Shown: positions 32,043 through 43,545 of the stretch, one piece after another
Numbering within the stretch: position 1 is the first letter of the stretch
Layout of the letters: each line of letters begins with the position of its first letter
NCBI RefSeq assembly: GCF_011745625.1
Contig: NW_027191454.1
Span: 1,054,001-1,118,000, forward strand
DNA: 64,000 nucleotides
Direction: 5' to 3'
Origin: Cladosporium halotolerans
Taxonomy: Eukaryota
The notes under the pieces: generated by a model
What the model saw: the letters and a program-made list of their open reading frames with translations, nothing else
Databases searched by the model: none
What the model was told of the DNA's origin: nothing
Translations under genes and position numbers: made by a program

Positions 32043-33935
32043 CTAACTCTTAGGCTCCTGCGTCTTGTCTGTGTCATTCTTCTGAGAACCCAGACTGAAA
32101 GTAGAGTGTCTCTGTAGAGCAGCATTCGACGACTCCGCAGACCTCTCCCATCGCGCATCTAGCCACAAGTTCACGTGCTCAAGAATATTGCCGCCCTGAA
32201 AAGCAAAAAAGATCGCAATGCCCAACACACCGATCGTAACGCAGACTGCGACCAGCCAGAATAGAGACTGCGTCGCATCCATGTCGCGGATGTCTCTGGT
32301 GTTCATGCCGAAGAAAGACGTGACGAAGTTGAGGGGCAGGAAGATGATCGTGACGACTGTGAAGACGAGAATGGCTTTACCGTGGTCTTCGAGACGGATG
32401 TTGACGAGTTGGATGGTTCGAGAGACGAGCGTGTTTGCGTTGTCGCGTAGGTCTTCGAGGTCGGTCAGCTCGCGCTGCAGATTGTCTTGCAGTTTCGCGA
32501 TGGGGTCGTTGAAACTGGATGCTGTGAGGTGGCGGTATGTGGATGTCGGGTCAAGAGGCGTGCTTTTTTTGTGGTCAACCGAAGGTTTCCTGCCCGTGTC
32601 ATTTGTGCTGGATGGTTTGGAAGAAAAGACGCGGTCGATTCGAGAATGATTGTCACCCATGAATTCTTGCAGCTGATTCACCAAATCGAGCTGTTGCTTC
32701 GTGATTTGGATGACGATGTTGAGCTCTTCTTGACAGGCCAAGAGATCCATGACAAGTTTCGTGCTAGCCGAGCGATGCAGCCGGTATTGCAAGTGCCCAA
32801 GATGCCCAGCATATCTATCTGTCAAGCACAAAGACAGATCCTGCCAGAAGCTCCGGTGCATCATGCCCACAGCACCCGCCAGACATGTCACAATGTGCGT
32901 CATAGCGGAATAATCGTTGGTACCATGTTGTTGTGCGCGGTAGAACACGTTCCTGACATCCCGAAAAGCGACGTCGCTGATGCGTGAGGGTAGCTGCTGA
33001 GGAGGCCACCGTGACTTCCATGTTTGATTTGACGAAAATGTGACAATGTGCTTAGCATCGATGGCCAGTATCCAAACCTCGTCCACATTGAGTGCCGACG
33101 GATAATGACCGTACCACTGCCGGATCTTCAAGTCGATTTCTCGGTCGGTAGTCCAAGGCTTGTGTTTTGTAAATACTTGCGATCGCTCCCTCTCTCTGGT
33201 ATCCTCCAGGCGGAAGTAGTGAGCGAGGATGGATCGCAACGGATGGCGCGATGATTTGGAAGAATGATAACCTTCCTTGCGATCTACCTGAAAGCGCAGA
33301 GGTGGTATCTTGCCATTTATCGACCAGTCTAGCCAGGGAGTACAGACTAACATTGGGTATGAAGGCGCATCACCTTGCTGAGTTCGAGACACGAGAGGTG
33401 CTGCGAAAGGTACAAAGTATTTGCCATGTTTCGAGAAGCGTTGATTTTGTTGCACGTTGACATGCAAAAGCTCCAAGCAATCGGAGACCGCATCGGTGTC
33501 TTTGGTCAAGGCGTAGAGAAAGCCATACAGGTAGTCGGGATACTTAGAGGAGCAATGGATCCAACGGCAATGTGTTCCACCCTGCGAGCCTTGAGAATTT
33601 TCCTTTGCCTCGTCCAAGCGAAAGTGCCGGATCCAACCAAATTCGTCCTCGAGTCGTCTGAATCTGCGTTCCTCTATGGGATTTGCCGCCGCATCAGTAG
33701 CCCGTGCAATTCCAGCAGCCTTTGTTGTCGCAGCATCATCCGGCACAAGCGAAGAGGGCGGTCTCTCGCTTACCTCGAGCATAGGCCCGCGGTTGGCTCG
33801 GAGAGACTCCAGTCCAACATCGTAGACTAAGACGCGCGCCGGTGTTAGAGGCTTTGCACGCCAACTAGGGTCTGCATCGTAATCGTAGGGGAGACGCTCC
33901 GCGTCAGCAGGTGTCGCCCGCCAATCCACTGGCAT
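32043..33935 (-). CDS. CorA-like Mg2+ transporter domain protein
   Basis: C-terminal FTVVTIIFLPLNFVTSFFGMN (GMN signature) with two TM helices preceded by a coiled-coil stalk. Confidence 0.82.
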   Translation of the reverse strand: MPVDWRATPADAERLPYDYDADPSWRAKPLTPARVLVYDVGLESLRANRGPMLEVSERPPSSLVPDDAATTKAAGIARATDAAANPIEERRFRRLEDEFGWIRHFRLDEAKENSQGSQGGTHCRWIHCSSKYPDYLYGFLYALTKDTDAVSDCLELLHVNVQQNQRFSKHGKYFVPFAAPLVSRTQQGDAPSYPMLVCTPWLDWSINGKIPPLRFQVDRKEGYHSSKSSRHPLRSILAHYFRLEDTRERERSQVFTKHKPWTTDREIDLKIRQWYGHYPSALNVDEVWILAIDAKHIVTFSSNQTWKSRWPPQQLPSRISDVAFRDVRNVFYRAQQHGTNDYSAMTHIVTCLAGAVGMMHRSFWQDLSLCLTDRYAGHLGHLQYRLHRSASTKLVMDLLACQEELNIVIQITKQQLDLVNQLQEFMGDNHSRIDRVFSSKPSSTNDTGRKPSVDHKKSTPLDPTSTYRHLTASSFNDPIAKLQDNLQRELTDLEDLRDNANTLVSRTIQLVNIRLEDHGKAILVFTVVTIIFLPLNFVTSFFGMNTRDIRDMDATQSLFWLVAVCVTIGVLGIAIFFAFQGGNILEHVNLWLDARWERSAESSNAALQRHSTFSLGSQKNDTDKTQEPKS

Positions 33936-34511
33936 TCTGCCAAAACATTGCGGTAATTAGAAGGAACAAACATTTGTTGTCAAAACAAGGGATGAAGTAT
34001 TCTACCAGGATCGAATTCAGCTCACAGATTGCAGGACGATCATGGCGTTGCATGTGGCGTCGAGCCGCCAGCTGAATCCTCCACCATCTTCATCCAATCC
34101 AATGTCTGCAGATGTGCGCTTGCTCACACTCGATAAGCTTGGCGAGCTTTTTCAACTAAGCGAGCGGTACTGATGATAGATTTCACTATTTTGACTCCTG
34201 AAGCCGGATACGAGCCGTCAGACCCAGTGTAAGGATTCTGAAAAAGCGGGCCGCGCCATCATGTCAGCCATTGCCTGTCCCATGGCTTGCTCGAAAGACG
34301 GCAGAACAGGCAGCAATATGGATCCTAGAGGTTGAGGCTTGATCCCGATAAAGTATTATTACAAGCAAGACGCCTGGGCCAGATAAATAACCAGCATCTC
34401 TATTGAATCTCTCACCACGACAACATCCTTCTCACCTCACGTCGCCTCATCCACCTTGAACCATCTTCACATTAGCAGCCCCGGCCCTCTCCTTCCACCA
34501 ATACACAAACA

Positions 34512-35231
34512 ATGTCCTCTTCCCCCTCCTCAACAGAAGCGAAACAAACCGTCCTCGAAACCTACAACGCCCTCGCCCCCTGGTACCTGACCTGGATCAC
34601 CTCACAATCCACCCACCCCAAGACCGACCCCCGCACAACCTACACCACCCTCCTCCTCTCCTCCCTCCCCACCACCTCCCCCAAAGCCCCTCAGCTCCCC
34701 CAAATCCTCGACCTCGGCTCCGGCCCCGGCATCCCCACCGCCGCCCACCTCCTCCGCGCCGGCGCCCACGTCCTCCTGAACGACCTCTCGCCCACCCAGC
34801 TCTCCCTCGCCGCCTCCTCTCTGCCCCCTCACCTCCTCGCAAACACAACCTTTCTCCCCGGCGACGCAGCGGCCCTCGCCGTCCCGCCAAACAGCTTGTC
34901 CGGCGCCGTCTCCTTCTTCGCGCTCTTCCACCTCCCGCGCGCCGAGCAAGCGGCGCTGCTGAGGAAAGTGCACGGCTGGCTGCGCCCGGGGGCCGTGTTT
35001 GTGTTTAACCTGGGTACGGTGGAGGGCGAGGAGGTGTGGGGGGAAATGATGGGGAGGGGGATGTTTTGGAGTGGTTGGGGGGTTGAGGGGAATCGGGGGA
35101 TGGTGGTTGGGGCGGGGTTTGAGGTGTTGAGGGAGGAGGTTTTGACGAGTGAGGTTGATGAGGGGGTGAAGTTTTGGTGGTGTGCTGCGAGGAAGGCGGT
35201 GGGGCAGGGGGATCGGAAGAGGGAGGGGTGA
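34512..35231 (+). CDS. Class I SAM-dependent methyltransferase
   Basis: Motif I ILDLGSGPG, acidic NDLS, ALFHLPR and WLRPGAVFV. Confidence 0.88.
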   Translation: MSSSPSSTEAKQTVLETYNALAPWYLTWITSQSTHPKTDPRTTYTTLLLSSLPTTSPKAPQLPQILDLGSGPGIPTAAHLLRAGAHVLLNDLSPTQLSLAASSLPPHLLANTTFLPGDAAALAVPPNSLSGAVSFFALFHLPRAEQAALLRKVHGWLRPGAVFVFNLGTVEGEEVWGEMMGRGMFWSGWGVEGNRGMVVGAGFEVLREEVLTSEVDEGVKFWWCAARKAVGQGDRKREG

Positions 35232-35510
35232 TGATTGGGAGGAGAGGGGATGATGACATTGCGGAATTGGATGATTCTTCTGGCAGGAATGAAGTAGAAT
35301 AAATTCCGTCTATCGTTTCATTCGTTTGCCCGGAAAAAGAATAGCAGTAAATCAAGCAATCTATACATCGACCGAATATGACAATACGGCGCCCTTGGAC
35401 GCCCGCCGAAGCAACAACGCCCGCTAACGCCCCAAGATGGCGTCGACTCGCTTTTCGACTTGCTCGGTCGCACCGTGACGGAAGCCGGGAGGGGAAATCA
35501 CAAGTAAGCC

Positions 35511-37294
35511 CTACTTCCTCCTGCCCTCCTCCCGGAGCTCCCTCTCGCGCGCGAGCTGCTCTTCGCTCAGGCAGCCGATCCTGTTGAGAATGTCCTTGTG
35601 CTCCCCCAAGTTCAGACCAGATGAGATTCCGCCTTTGCCCTTGCGCTTGCTGCTGGTTTTAGAAGAGCTGGAAGGCCGCGAGGAAGCGTACTTCAAGTCT
35701 TCGGCGGTGGCAGGGACTTCGATGAATTTGCGCTCGGAGCCCGCGGTAGCTTGAGGTTCGGCGCGGAGTTTGTAGGGCACGCCGTTGTTGTTGTGTTTGG
35801 GGGCGTGGACGGTGACTTCGTCGTCAGCCTCGATCTCGTCGTCTTCTTCGTCGCAGCCTTCGTCGTCAGAGCGCGAGTCGTCGGCGGGGTGGCCTTGGAG
35901 CACTTTGGCGACGACGCGGCAGATCATGAAAAACCATGCGAGGGTGATGAGTTGCAGTCCTCCCAGGAGTCCGAGGAAGATGCTGCGGATCTCGGAGTTG
36001 AAAGCGACCGTTTTGGCGCCTGGGTTCAGTAAAGGCTGGAGCAGGTTGTCCATGACGCCCACTCCTCCATCTTCGCTTAAGCGTGATGAGTCGAGTGTGC
36101 TGTAAGTACCGTAATGCATTGTGTCCTTGGAGACGTGCGCATAGATGCTCCAGCAAATCGAGAGGTAGCCGAAGTGTCGAGCGGCGAGCCAGACAACGAC
36201 GAAGAGACCGAAGGCAATATCGCAGGCCGTCTGCAGGCCCATGTAACGCAACATTTTGGCAGCCTGGGAAGTTTCATTAGCTGGGACGTCGCCAAAAACA
36301 CGACACGGTGGAACCGTACCGGGAAGATAAGATCAACAGCATCCATGAGCACGAGCACTGCATTACCAGCGCGCATCTGCCTGTAGCCGTAGGAGAAGAA
36401 CAGCAAGCTGACCGTGACAATGTGGTGTGTGAACATTTGCCAGTGGTCTTTGCGGCGCTCTTCGATATGAATGACAAAAAGTTGCTGCACCCAAAATGCG
36501 GTCTGAGAAAGGTAGTAGAGCTTGAGCGAAGTACCAAGCACCAGGCGTGGGTAGTCGCGCCAGAGGGAGATCAAGAGGTCGTTAAGCTGGCCACTCAGGG
36601 TGGTTGCGCTCGATTGGGGAGTGTCTTGGATGAAGACCACAAGACCCCACGTCCAGTAGACGGCGTAGTAGAGCAAAAGGTATGCTTGCTCCGCAAATCT
36701 GCCGCATAGTTAGCACTGAGTGAGCCGTGGCATTCGTACAATGGCTTATACGTACCGAACTTTTGTCTTCTTTTGCCTGATTCCCATGAATCCAGCCAGA
36801 GGCAGGAGCACGTAGTCCATCCACGCCGCGCGCATGCCCGTGAACAATATCACGCAACCGAGCACCAGATACATGTCCGCCGGGCCGATCAGGAACTCGC
36901 CAGGAGCGCCTGTCGGGTACTGCAGCGTAAAGAATGCGCCAACGCGCTCTCTCAAGCTCGGGAAGAGCACGTATGTCAAAGCTACCAGAAGAATCATGTT
37001 GAGAGAGATCCCAAGCTGGTGATTCACCATCGCCTTGCGCAGCATGCCGCCGATGCTCTCCTGTTCCGCCGGTTGCGCCTTCTGCTTCAAGAATCCCGCG
37101 GGGCTTGCGCAGATCGCTACGTCCTCGACACCCTTGCCAGCTCTTGTATTTCGCGACCCTCTGTTGTCTTTGCTGTAGCGAGGAAGGGGGCTGCTGTCGG
37201 AGAGCGATCCGTTGCTGGGTTTTTCGGAGAGCTGGAAGCCCGCGCGGAGGCCAGGCACATCATGCAGGCCGGAGCCTGCTTGTGCCTGTTCCAT
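35511..37294 (-). CDS. Ceramide synthase (sphingosine N-acyltransferase, Lag1/Lac1 TLC family)
   Basis: Lag1 motif RRKDHWQMFTHH, RFAEQ across intron ~36699..36755, second intron ~36264..36319, DDSRSDDE acidic tail. Start MEQAQ at 37294 is inferred. Confidence 0.92.
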
Positions 37295-38539
37295 GGTCGG
37301 TGTAGAGTGTTTGAAGGGCTTGTCCTGACCTGATAGGAATGGGTGAGCCCGCGAATGCGCGACGTGTTTGGTCGGCCGGAGTTCTGGCGAAGCTAGTCGT
37401 CGGCCCAAGTCGTCAAGTGAACGTGGCCCGCCGTGTTCACCGCTCTATGCGATCGGTTGTGTTGAGATGCTGAGGCTTCGTCTCGCGTCAAGCAGGACGT
37501 ATGGGTGAGGTCGCAGTCAGTAGAATGGCATGCGGAAAAGGCGAGTGCGCAACAGCAGCGAGCGACGCGCAAACAGCGAGCGAGGGGTCGTTCGACGTCG
37601 GCTCGACTAATGTGATTTCTCCCAATGGCGATGAAGCCAGCAAGCCGGACATGGGGGGGCCAAGGCACTAGCGGGGACCCTGCGTTTCAGCACTCGCGGC
37701 TGCCGCCAGCGGTCGTGGGCCCTGCCGCGAGAGTGTTTGAGCCTGAGGCTTGTTTCATCGCAACCGACTATCCGCCTAGGTATCCAACCTCACTCCCTCA
37801 AACCTTGCGCGCCGCATTGTCGGCAGTCGGCCGCGGTCACATGCTACGGCTTCCGAGACCTCACTTACACACCGCGCAGACCCCGCGACGATCATGTGAC
37901 GCCGGCGCATTAGTCCTGCGCCAATGTGGCACACCAACAGCCGAAGCGTAGCCCTCGTGCCTTCCCGTGCGAGCGTAGGCAAGTCAAACAGCCCCATGCC
38001 ATCCTTCACCTCGCCAAAGACCTGCACGCACCTCCCTCAGCTCATGACAGCCCTGCCGAGGTGCACACAAGGTACCTAGATGGCGCCCCGTGATCATACG
38101 TCTCTCCACTCTTCCCATCCCACGCTCCTCAGGTAGGTCGGCCAAAATCACTCCTTCTAGACCTGCCAGCCTTGCGCCATTGCAATACAGCTGCACTTTT
38201 TGCATTGACACATACAACATCTGGCGAACCCTCTCCCGCCCTCTGCTTGCTCGTCGGCCCCAGCGGGTTGGAAGTTGAGTGAAACCTGCCAGCCGGCTGA
38301 GCACACATTCGTCATCCTCCCACTTCCTGCAGCTACCCGCCTCTTGCGCTCCCGCAAGCCGCGGTTTGTGTTTGGCAGCTGCGAGGCCCGATCTGCGACC
38401 TAAGTACATCTCCTACAGCCTGACTTTGTGCTCAACCACTTCGCAAGGCTGGAGTCCTACCATCGCGCCATTCCCTCGATTCGACTATAACAGACGGCAA
38501 TCGGTAAGGCGCACCACACTGGAACAACTACACGCAGCA

Positions 38540-41146
38540 ATGGACGAGACTTCACGTCGGGAGCCTGCGGATCGCGCGCAATCTCCGCCTCTGGCGGACA
38601 TAGCATCCGGCTTAGGCATTGACATCACATCTGCAAACCGCGAGTCCCAAGATGCTGGACTGGGTCACACGCCGTTGCGAACTGTATCTTCTATCGAGGA
38701 CACAGCAGGAGATTGGACACCGGACGCCTCGCAACCTTTCGTGTCGCCGAGTTCACTCGACGGTCTTTCTGGATCCACGCAGTACGGATTCTCTCCTGCC
38801 AGTACGTTCAGCCCGCACACGAAGTACTATTCGAAACAATCGCCCTCAATCGCATCTCCATCAACACATGCTCCACGCGTCGAATCACAGGCTAGCCTTT
38901 TGTCGAAGCATCACAGCGCTTCTCTGAATTCCGCTTATGGCGAGTTCGTCGCTCAGCACAAATGTCCGAGCATGCGAAGCATCAAGGGTCCTCGCAAGAC
39001 GTGGATGTCGATACTCACAATCTGCCTGTCCGTATACTCGACGGCTGTGTCTGGCTTGTTCTTCTTCATAGCTGTGGTAGGTCCAAGCTATCCGGGTATA
39101 CGCACCAATGGAAGGATAACAGCATCCTCGGCGGCCTTCCTCACCACCATCCTCGCAAAAACTGTCGAGTTGTCATTTGTCACAATCATCATCGCTCTCC
39201 TTGGCCAAGAACTATCAAGAAAAGCATCGAGCATTCACCGCCGCTCGGGCGTCACACTGGCTCAGCTGAGCATGAGAAACTGGATCACACAGCCTGGTAC
39301 CATGATCTCTCGATGGGAAAGCGTACGCTATGCTGGGCTGACCACATTGGGCGTCGTTTCGATCGTCGCCGCAGTCCTTGCCATGCTGTATACATCTGCT
39401 GCTACTGCATTGGTGCAGCCTCGGTTAAAGTTTGGAGACTGGAAAGTGAACCCAATGCAAGGCAATGTTCGGGCATCATTCGCGAACAAATACCACATTG
39501 GCGAAAAGTGTCCCAGCCCTCTATCAAAAGCGATGGACAGTGGTGCCCGCGAAGAGACCTGCGTCTCGATTGAGCATGCTGCGATGGGATACCACAACTA
39601 TTACTCTTACCTTGAGCTATGGTCGAAGGCCAGCAAAAATTCGTTAGCTTTTGGAGAAAGGCCCAATGGCACTGCCGTCTTGAACAACGACACGACGGTT
39701 ACTGCCCCGTGGGTCGGCAATAGACTTGGCCCAAGAGCAGCCTTCGAGCAAGTATACAACGAGACTGAAACTGTGATCGTCAACAATGTGAGCCTCGCCT
39801 TTCCACACACCGGAGTTGCTTCCGCAGCGAAGGACAAAATCAACAACATCATGCAACCTGAAGATCTGGATGGAATGGGTGTCTACCTTGTCAACGCCTC
39901 CGTTCCATCCCCCGTGATTCACGTCCGCTGCGCGACCGTGTCTGAGAAAATGTTGGATCCTTTGGTGTCTTCACGTTGGAATGAGATCAATGAGACTGTC
40001 AATGGAACATCATGGCCAGATCAACTTCGCTACACGGACAACCACTCCTACCCATTTCTTGGTGGCACCGAACTGGACGATGTCTTCGAATGGGGCGAGA
40101 AATATGGCCCTGCGTCCTGGCCACCTGTGTTCCCGAATATGCCAGATGAGTACAATACTGTCACCAACCAGACCAGCACATACGGACGTACATCGATATA
40201 CGTGCTCGGCAAAGGGCCTTACGACAAGTCTGACAAGAATCCAGACCTGAACAACTTCCTCTGCCAAATGCAGGTCAGCCAGACGCCTTACTGCTACACC
40301 ACCTACCAAGCCAGCGCCCAAGGCGCCACACTAGAAGCCGTCTGCGGCGACGAAGACAACTGGCACGAGATGCAATACATCGCTAGCGTCCCCGACTCCC
40401 TCACCCACAACGAAACCCGCTCCAAAGACTGGCCCAGCGTCGCCGGCCAATGGGCCCTCGCCCTCGCCCTCAACGACGGCTCGTTCGGCGGCAAATCCTC
40501 CAATGCCCGCCTCCTAACCCAACTCCTTCTCCGCGAACCCGAACTCGACCCCGCCAAACCCTCTCTCGCCGAAGCCCTCGCCGTCCTCGCCGGCTGCACT
40601 CTGCTCCAATCCACCCTCGACGCCCCCTTCGTCCCCTACTGGGAGTACACCGGCGAGACAATCCTCGAGGACCCCGCGGGCGTCTACGAGCCCTTCAACG
40701 CCACCCTGCGCGCGCAGCAATACGCTTCCGGCGGCTCAGAGCCCTACCAGAAGGCCTTTCACGTCGTGCTGCTGGGCGTCTTCGCCCTCAACGTCGTCGC
40801 CCTGCTGTATTTCGCCCTGCATAAAACTTGGTACACGGATTTCTCCGAGCCGCCCAATCTCTTCTCGCTGGCCGTTAATTCGCCGCCGAGCGAGGCGTTC
40901 GCGGGCTGTTGCGGCACGGGCCCGCAGGGGCGGGACTATCGCGTTGCGTGGACGCTGGAGCAGGACGACGGACATGTTTTTGTGCATAGTGGAGGGAGGA
41001 GGGAGGGGGATGGGGGGGTTGTGGGTGCCGGTGTGGGTGGAGGTGGAGGTTGGTTGCAGAGGCGCAAGGCGTGGAGGAGTTTGGGCGCGGGGAGCCCGGT
41101 TGCGCAGAGGTTGGGGAAGCTGAGGAGGTGGAGTCGGGAGGTTTGA
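38540..41146 (+). CDS. Conserved fungal multi-pass membrane protein of unknown function
   Basis: Intronless ORF from ATG 38540; S/P-rich N-terminus, about 3 TM helices, large N-glycosylation-site-rich luminal region, C-terminal TM and DFSEPPNLFSLAVNSPPS motif. Confidence 0.8.
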   Translation: MDETSRREPADRAQSPPLADIASGLGIDITSANRESQDAGLGHTPLRTVSSIEDTAGDWTPDASQPFVSPSSLDGLSGSTQYGFSPASTFSPHTKYYSKQSPSIASPSTHAPRVESQASLLSKHHSASLNSAYGEFVAQHKCPSMRSIKGPRKTWMSILTICLSVYSTAVSGLFFFIAVVGPSYPGIRTNGRITASSAAFLTTILAKTVELSFVTIIIALLGQELSRKASSIHRRSGVTLAQLSMRNWITQPGTMISRWESVRYAGLTTLGVVSIVAAVLAMLYTSAATALVQPRLKFGDWKVNPMQGNVRASFANKYHIGEKCPSPLSKAMDSGAREETCVSIEHAAMGYHNYYSYLELWSKASKNSLAFGERPNGTAVLNNDTTVTAPWVGNRLGPRAAFEQVYNETETVIVNNVSLAFPHTGVASAAKDKINNIMQPEDLDGMGVYLVNASVPSPVIHVRCATVSEKMLDPLVSSRWNEINETVNGTSWPDQLRYTDNHSYPFLGGTELDDVFEWGEKYGPASWPPVFPNMPDEYNTVTNQTSTYGRTSIYVLGKGPYDKSDKNPDLNNFLCQMQVSQTPYCYTTYQASAQGATLEAVCGDEDNWHEMQYIASVPDSLTHNETRSKDWPSVAGQWALALALNDGSFGGKSSNARLLTQLLLREPELDPAKPSLAEALAVLAGCTLLQSTLDAPFVPYWEYTGETILEDPAGVYEPFNATLRAQQYASGGSEPYQKAFHVVLLGVFALNVVALLYFALHKTWYTDFSEPPNLFSLAVNSPPSEAFAGCCGTGPQGRDYRVAWTLEQDDGHVFVHSGGRREGDGGVVGAGVGGGGGWLQRRKAWRSLGAGSPVAQRLGKLRRWSREV

Positions 41147-41489
41147 TGTGTGCGTGGAGGTGGGTGCTGGATGGATTGGGGTCTATATCTCTCCTTGATT
41201 GTTTGTTCGCGTCTTGCTGTTTCTTGCTTTCGTTTTGATGGTGCTAGATTGGCGGACGACCGAGATTTGACGGCCCACTGCTGTGCTGTGCTGCGCTGCG
41301 CTGGTTTGATTTGCGATCTTCGATTACAGAATGCATGCGTTCGAGCCTGAAGAGCGATAATGCCGATAGAGGGATGGTTAAAGACCTTTCGATTGAATCG
41401 AATCAAGTTTTGCTACCTTGATATTCGCGTCTACATCTACCTACTCACATGCGGTACCTTGGCTTACATCGTCGTCCCAAACTCAGATG

Positions 41490-43215
41490 TCGATTGGTTC
41501 GGCTGCTGCCGGCGCTAGCTCCGGGCTCAAAAGTTCAAACACCTAACTCGGCCAGCTCGCTCAGCTCGCCCAGCTCGTCAAGCTCGTGCAGCTCAATGAG
41601 CTCGTGTGGCTCGACAGCACTCAATTGTCTTCGATGTTTGGGACGACTCGCTGCCACCTTAGATGGGCAACGACGTCTCAGGGCCACAAAAATTCATTGA
41701 TGCAATCGATCGCGAAACCAAATTTTGTCAGGAAAGGGAAGGGGTTGTGGATCATCGATGTATTCGGGGATAACCAGAGACCTCCTCCCCTAGATCTTGT
41801 AAATGAGGTATATGATGGTTCGACTGATCCCGGGACTAGCTGCGGGCTCAAAAATCGACCCGTCCAGCTCGACGTTGTTCGGCCGTCTCGACCAGCTTAG
41901 CACTTTCGACGAGCTCGGAATAATTCGACTGTCTTCGAATAGCTCGACATGTCGAAACATTCGCCGCGACTGTGATCGAAGCCGAAGTCTCAGGATCACG
42001 GATTTCACGAAGCAATCAATTTCAAAGGAACATTTCGTTGACGAACGGATGAGTTCGTGGACGATCTTGTTAGTCGATAAATTCATCGGAAACTCGATAG
42101 ACATCTACCAACAGCGGCCAATCATTGGCTCGGCTGCTGCCGGGACTAACCGCGGGCTCAAAATCCGACACGGCCAACTCGACGTCGCTCGGCCATCTCG
42201 CGCAGCTCGGGAGGCTCGGTCAACTCGATCAGCTCGGTGAGCTCGAGATGGCTCGACAAGCTCGAGGAACTTGACTATCTCGGCACGACTTGACGGACTC
42301 TATCGCCTGCAGAGCCTCACTTCGCTTTGGATTCCAGGCAAGGTATTTCATCGATATTGGCTTCTCTCTGATGTTCTACCCACGCAGATGCCGGAGCTCT
42401 GTAAATGCAACGCCTGGGCACAATTGGAACACAAGGCGACTGGATTCGGTCATTTCTGGCTGTAATTCGCTCGGTTGGCGCCGGAGCTAGCTGCGGGCTG
42501 CGAATCTCGGACAGTCAGCTCGATCAACTCGCTTAGCTCGATCAGCTCGGGCAGTTTGACAAACTCGGCATTGAAGAGATCCAACGACGGTGGACCAACG
42601 ACGATGGACACTTCAGACTATATGATTTAGTTTGCAAGGAGTTCGTCGAATAAATAATATCAAAGTCACACATTACAGAAGGAGGGGTGAACGTTTCTAG
42701 GAGATCGATAGGACATTGGACTGTACGGTACCAACTCCAGACGTCCTCCTCCCAATCCCACAATGGCGCTCTATCGTTGCCTCGGCCGCGGTCGGGGCTA
42801 GCTACGGACCCCAATCTCGACTATTTCGCGCCAGCTCGCGCCAGCTCGCGCCAGCTCAGTGAACTCGACGAGCTCGACAACCCGGCAAATCTCCATGTCC
42901 CTTCTCTGTCTAAGACCGAATCTTCGAGTTGGGAATCATCTCCTGAGGAGTGGCTTCTGAGTTCAAAGCTCCTCCTTACTTGAAAGGAAGTATAAGAGTT
43001 TATGGAAAGCCCACAAGATATGTAACATACCTTACAATCCCAGAAATCTACGCAACCTCCTCTGGCAAATCCACTCCTTGCGGTCCTCCATTGGTCCGGC
43101 TTTCACCGGCGCTAGCTGTGGGCGCTCAGCTCGGCCAGCTCGCCGTCTCGATGAACTCGGCGAGCTCGACGATCTCGGTTTGGCTCGGGAGGGTCGAGAG
43201 GCTCGAGATCTACCG
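41490..43215. repeat. Degenerate tandem array B, 6 units, period 310-341 bp, with internal 9-bp (NAGCTCGNN) sub-repeats
   Basis: CTAGCT/CTAACC anchors at 41515, 41836, 42146, 42487, 42798 and 43112 inside a GG(T/C)TCGGCT..CCGG(C/G)(G/A)CTAGCT.CGGGCTC-like block, each followed by AGCTCG/AACTCG runs. Confidence 0.88.
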
Positions 43216-43545
43216 GCTGAATCACGCTTTAAAGGATTTCAATTGTACGTTCTCACAATGTAAGCGAATGGAATAGTTGACGAGAGATCTCGATCCCTCG
43301 TAGAAAGGTGCGGTGCGAGCAAGGTGAATCAAAGAGTATCTCGTACCGCGTACACGTGGCTCTGGAAACCTCAAGAGGGAACAGCAGGGTATGGGTATGG
43401 TCTAGGAAAGACAGCGGGCTTTGCTCGGATGCAACAACAAGGAACAACGCCGTATCCGCGCAGGCGGGCGGGCCTTCTGTCCCAAAAACCCAGAGAGACA
43501 AGAAGCAAACAATCCCGGAATCGCTAAATGCAACAAAACCCCCCT

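Noticed and set aside
33937..34005. Putative intron extending the CorA-like CDS upstream
   Set aside because: Joining at these GT/AG sites creates an in-frame TGA just before the ATG, so at most it is a 5' UTR intron.
41449..43276. Short ORFs inside array B as protein-coding genes
   Set aside because: Frames differ between units, products are Ser/Leu repeats dictated by AGCTCG runs, and no splice pattern links them.
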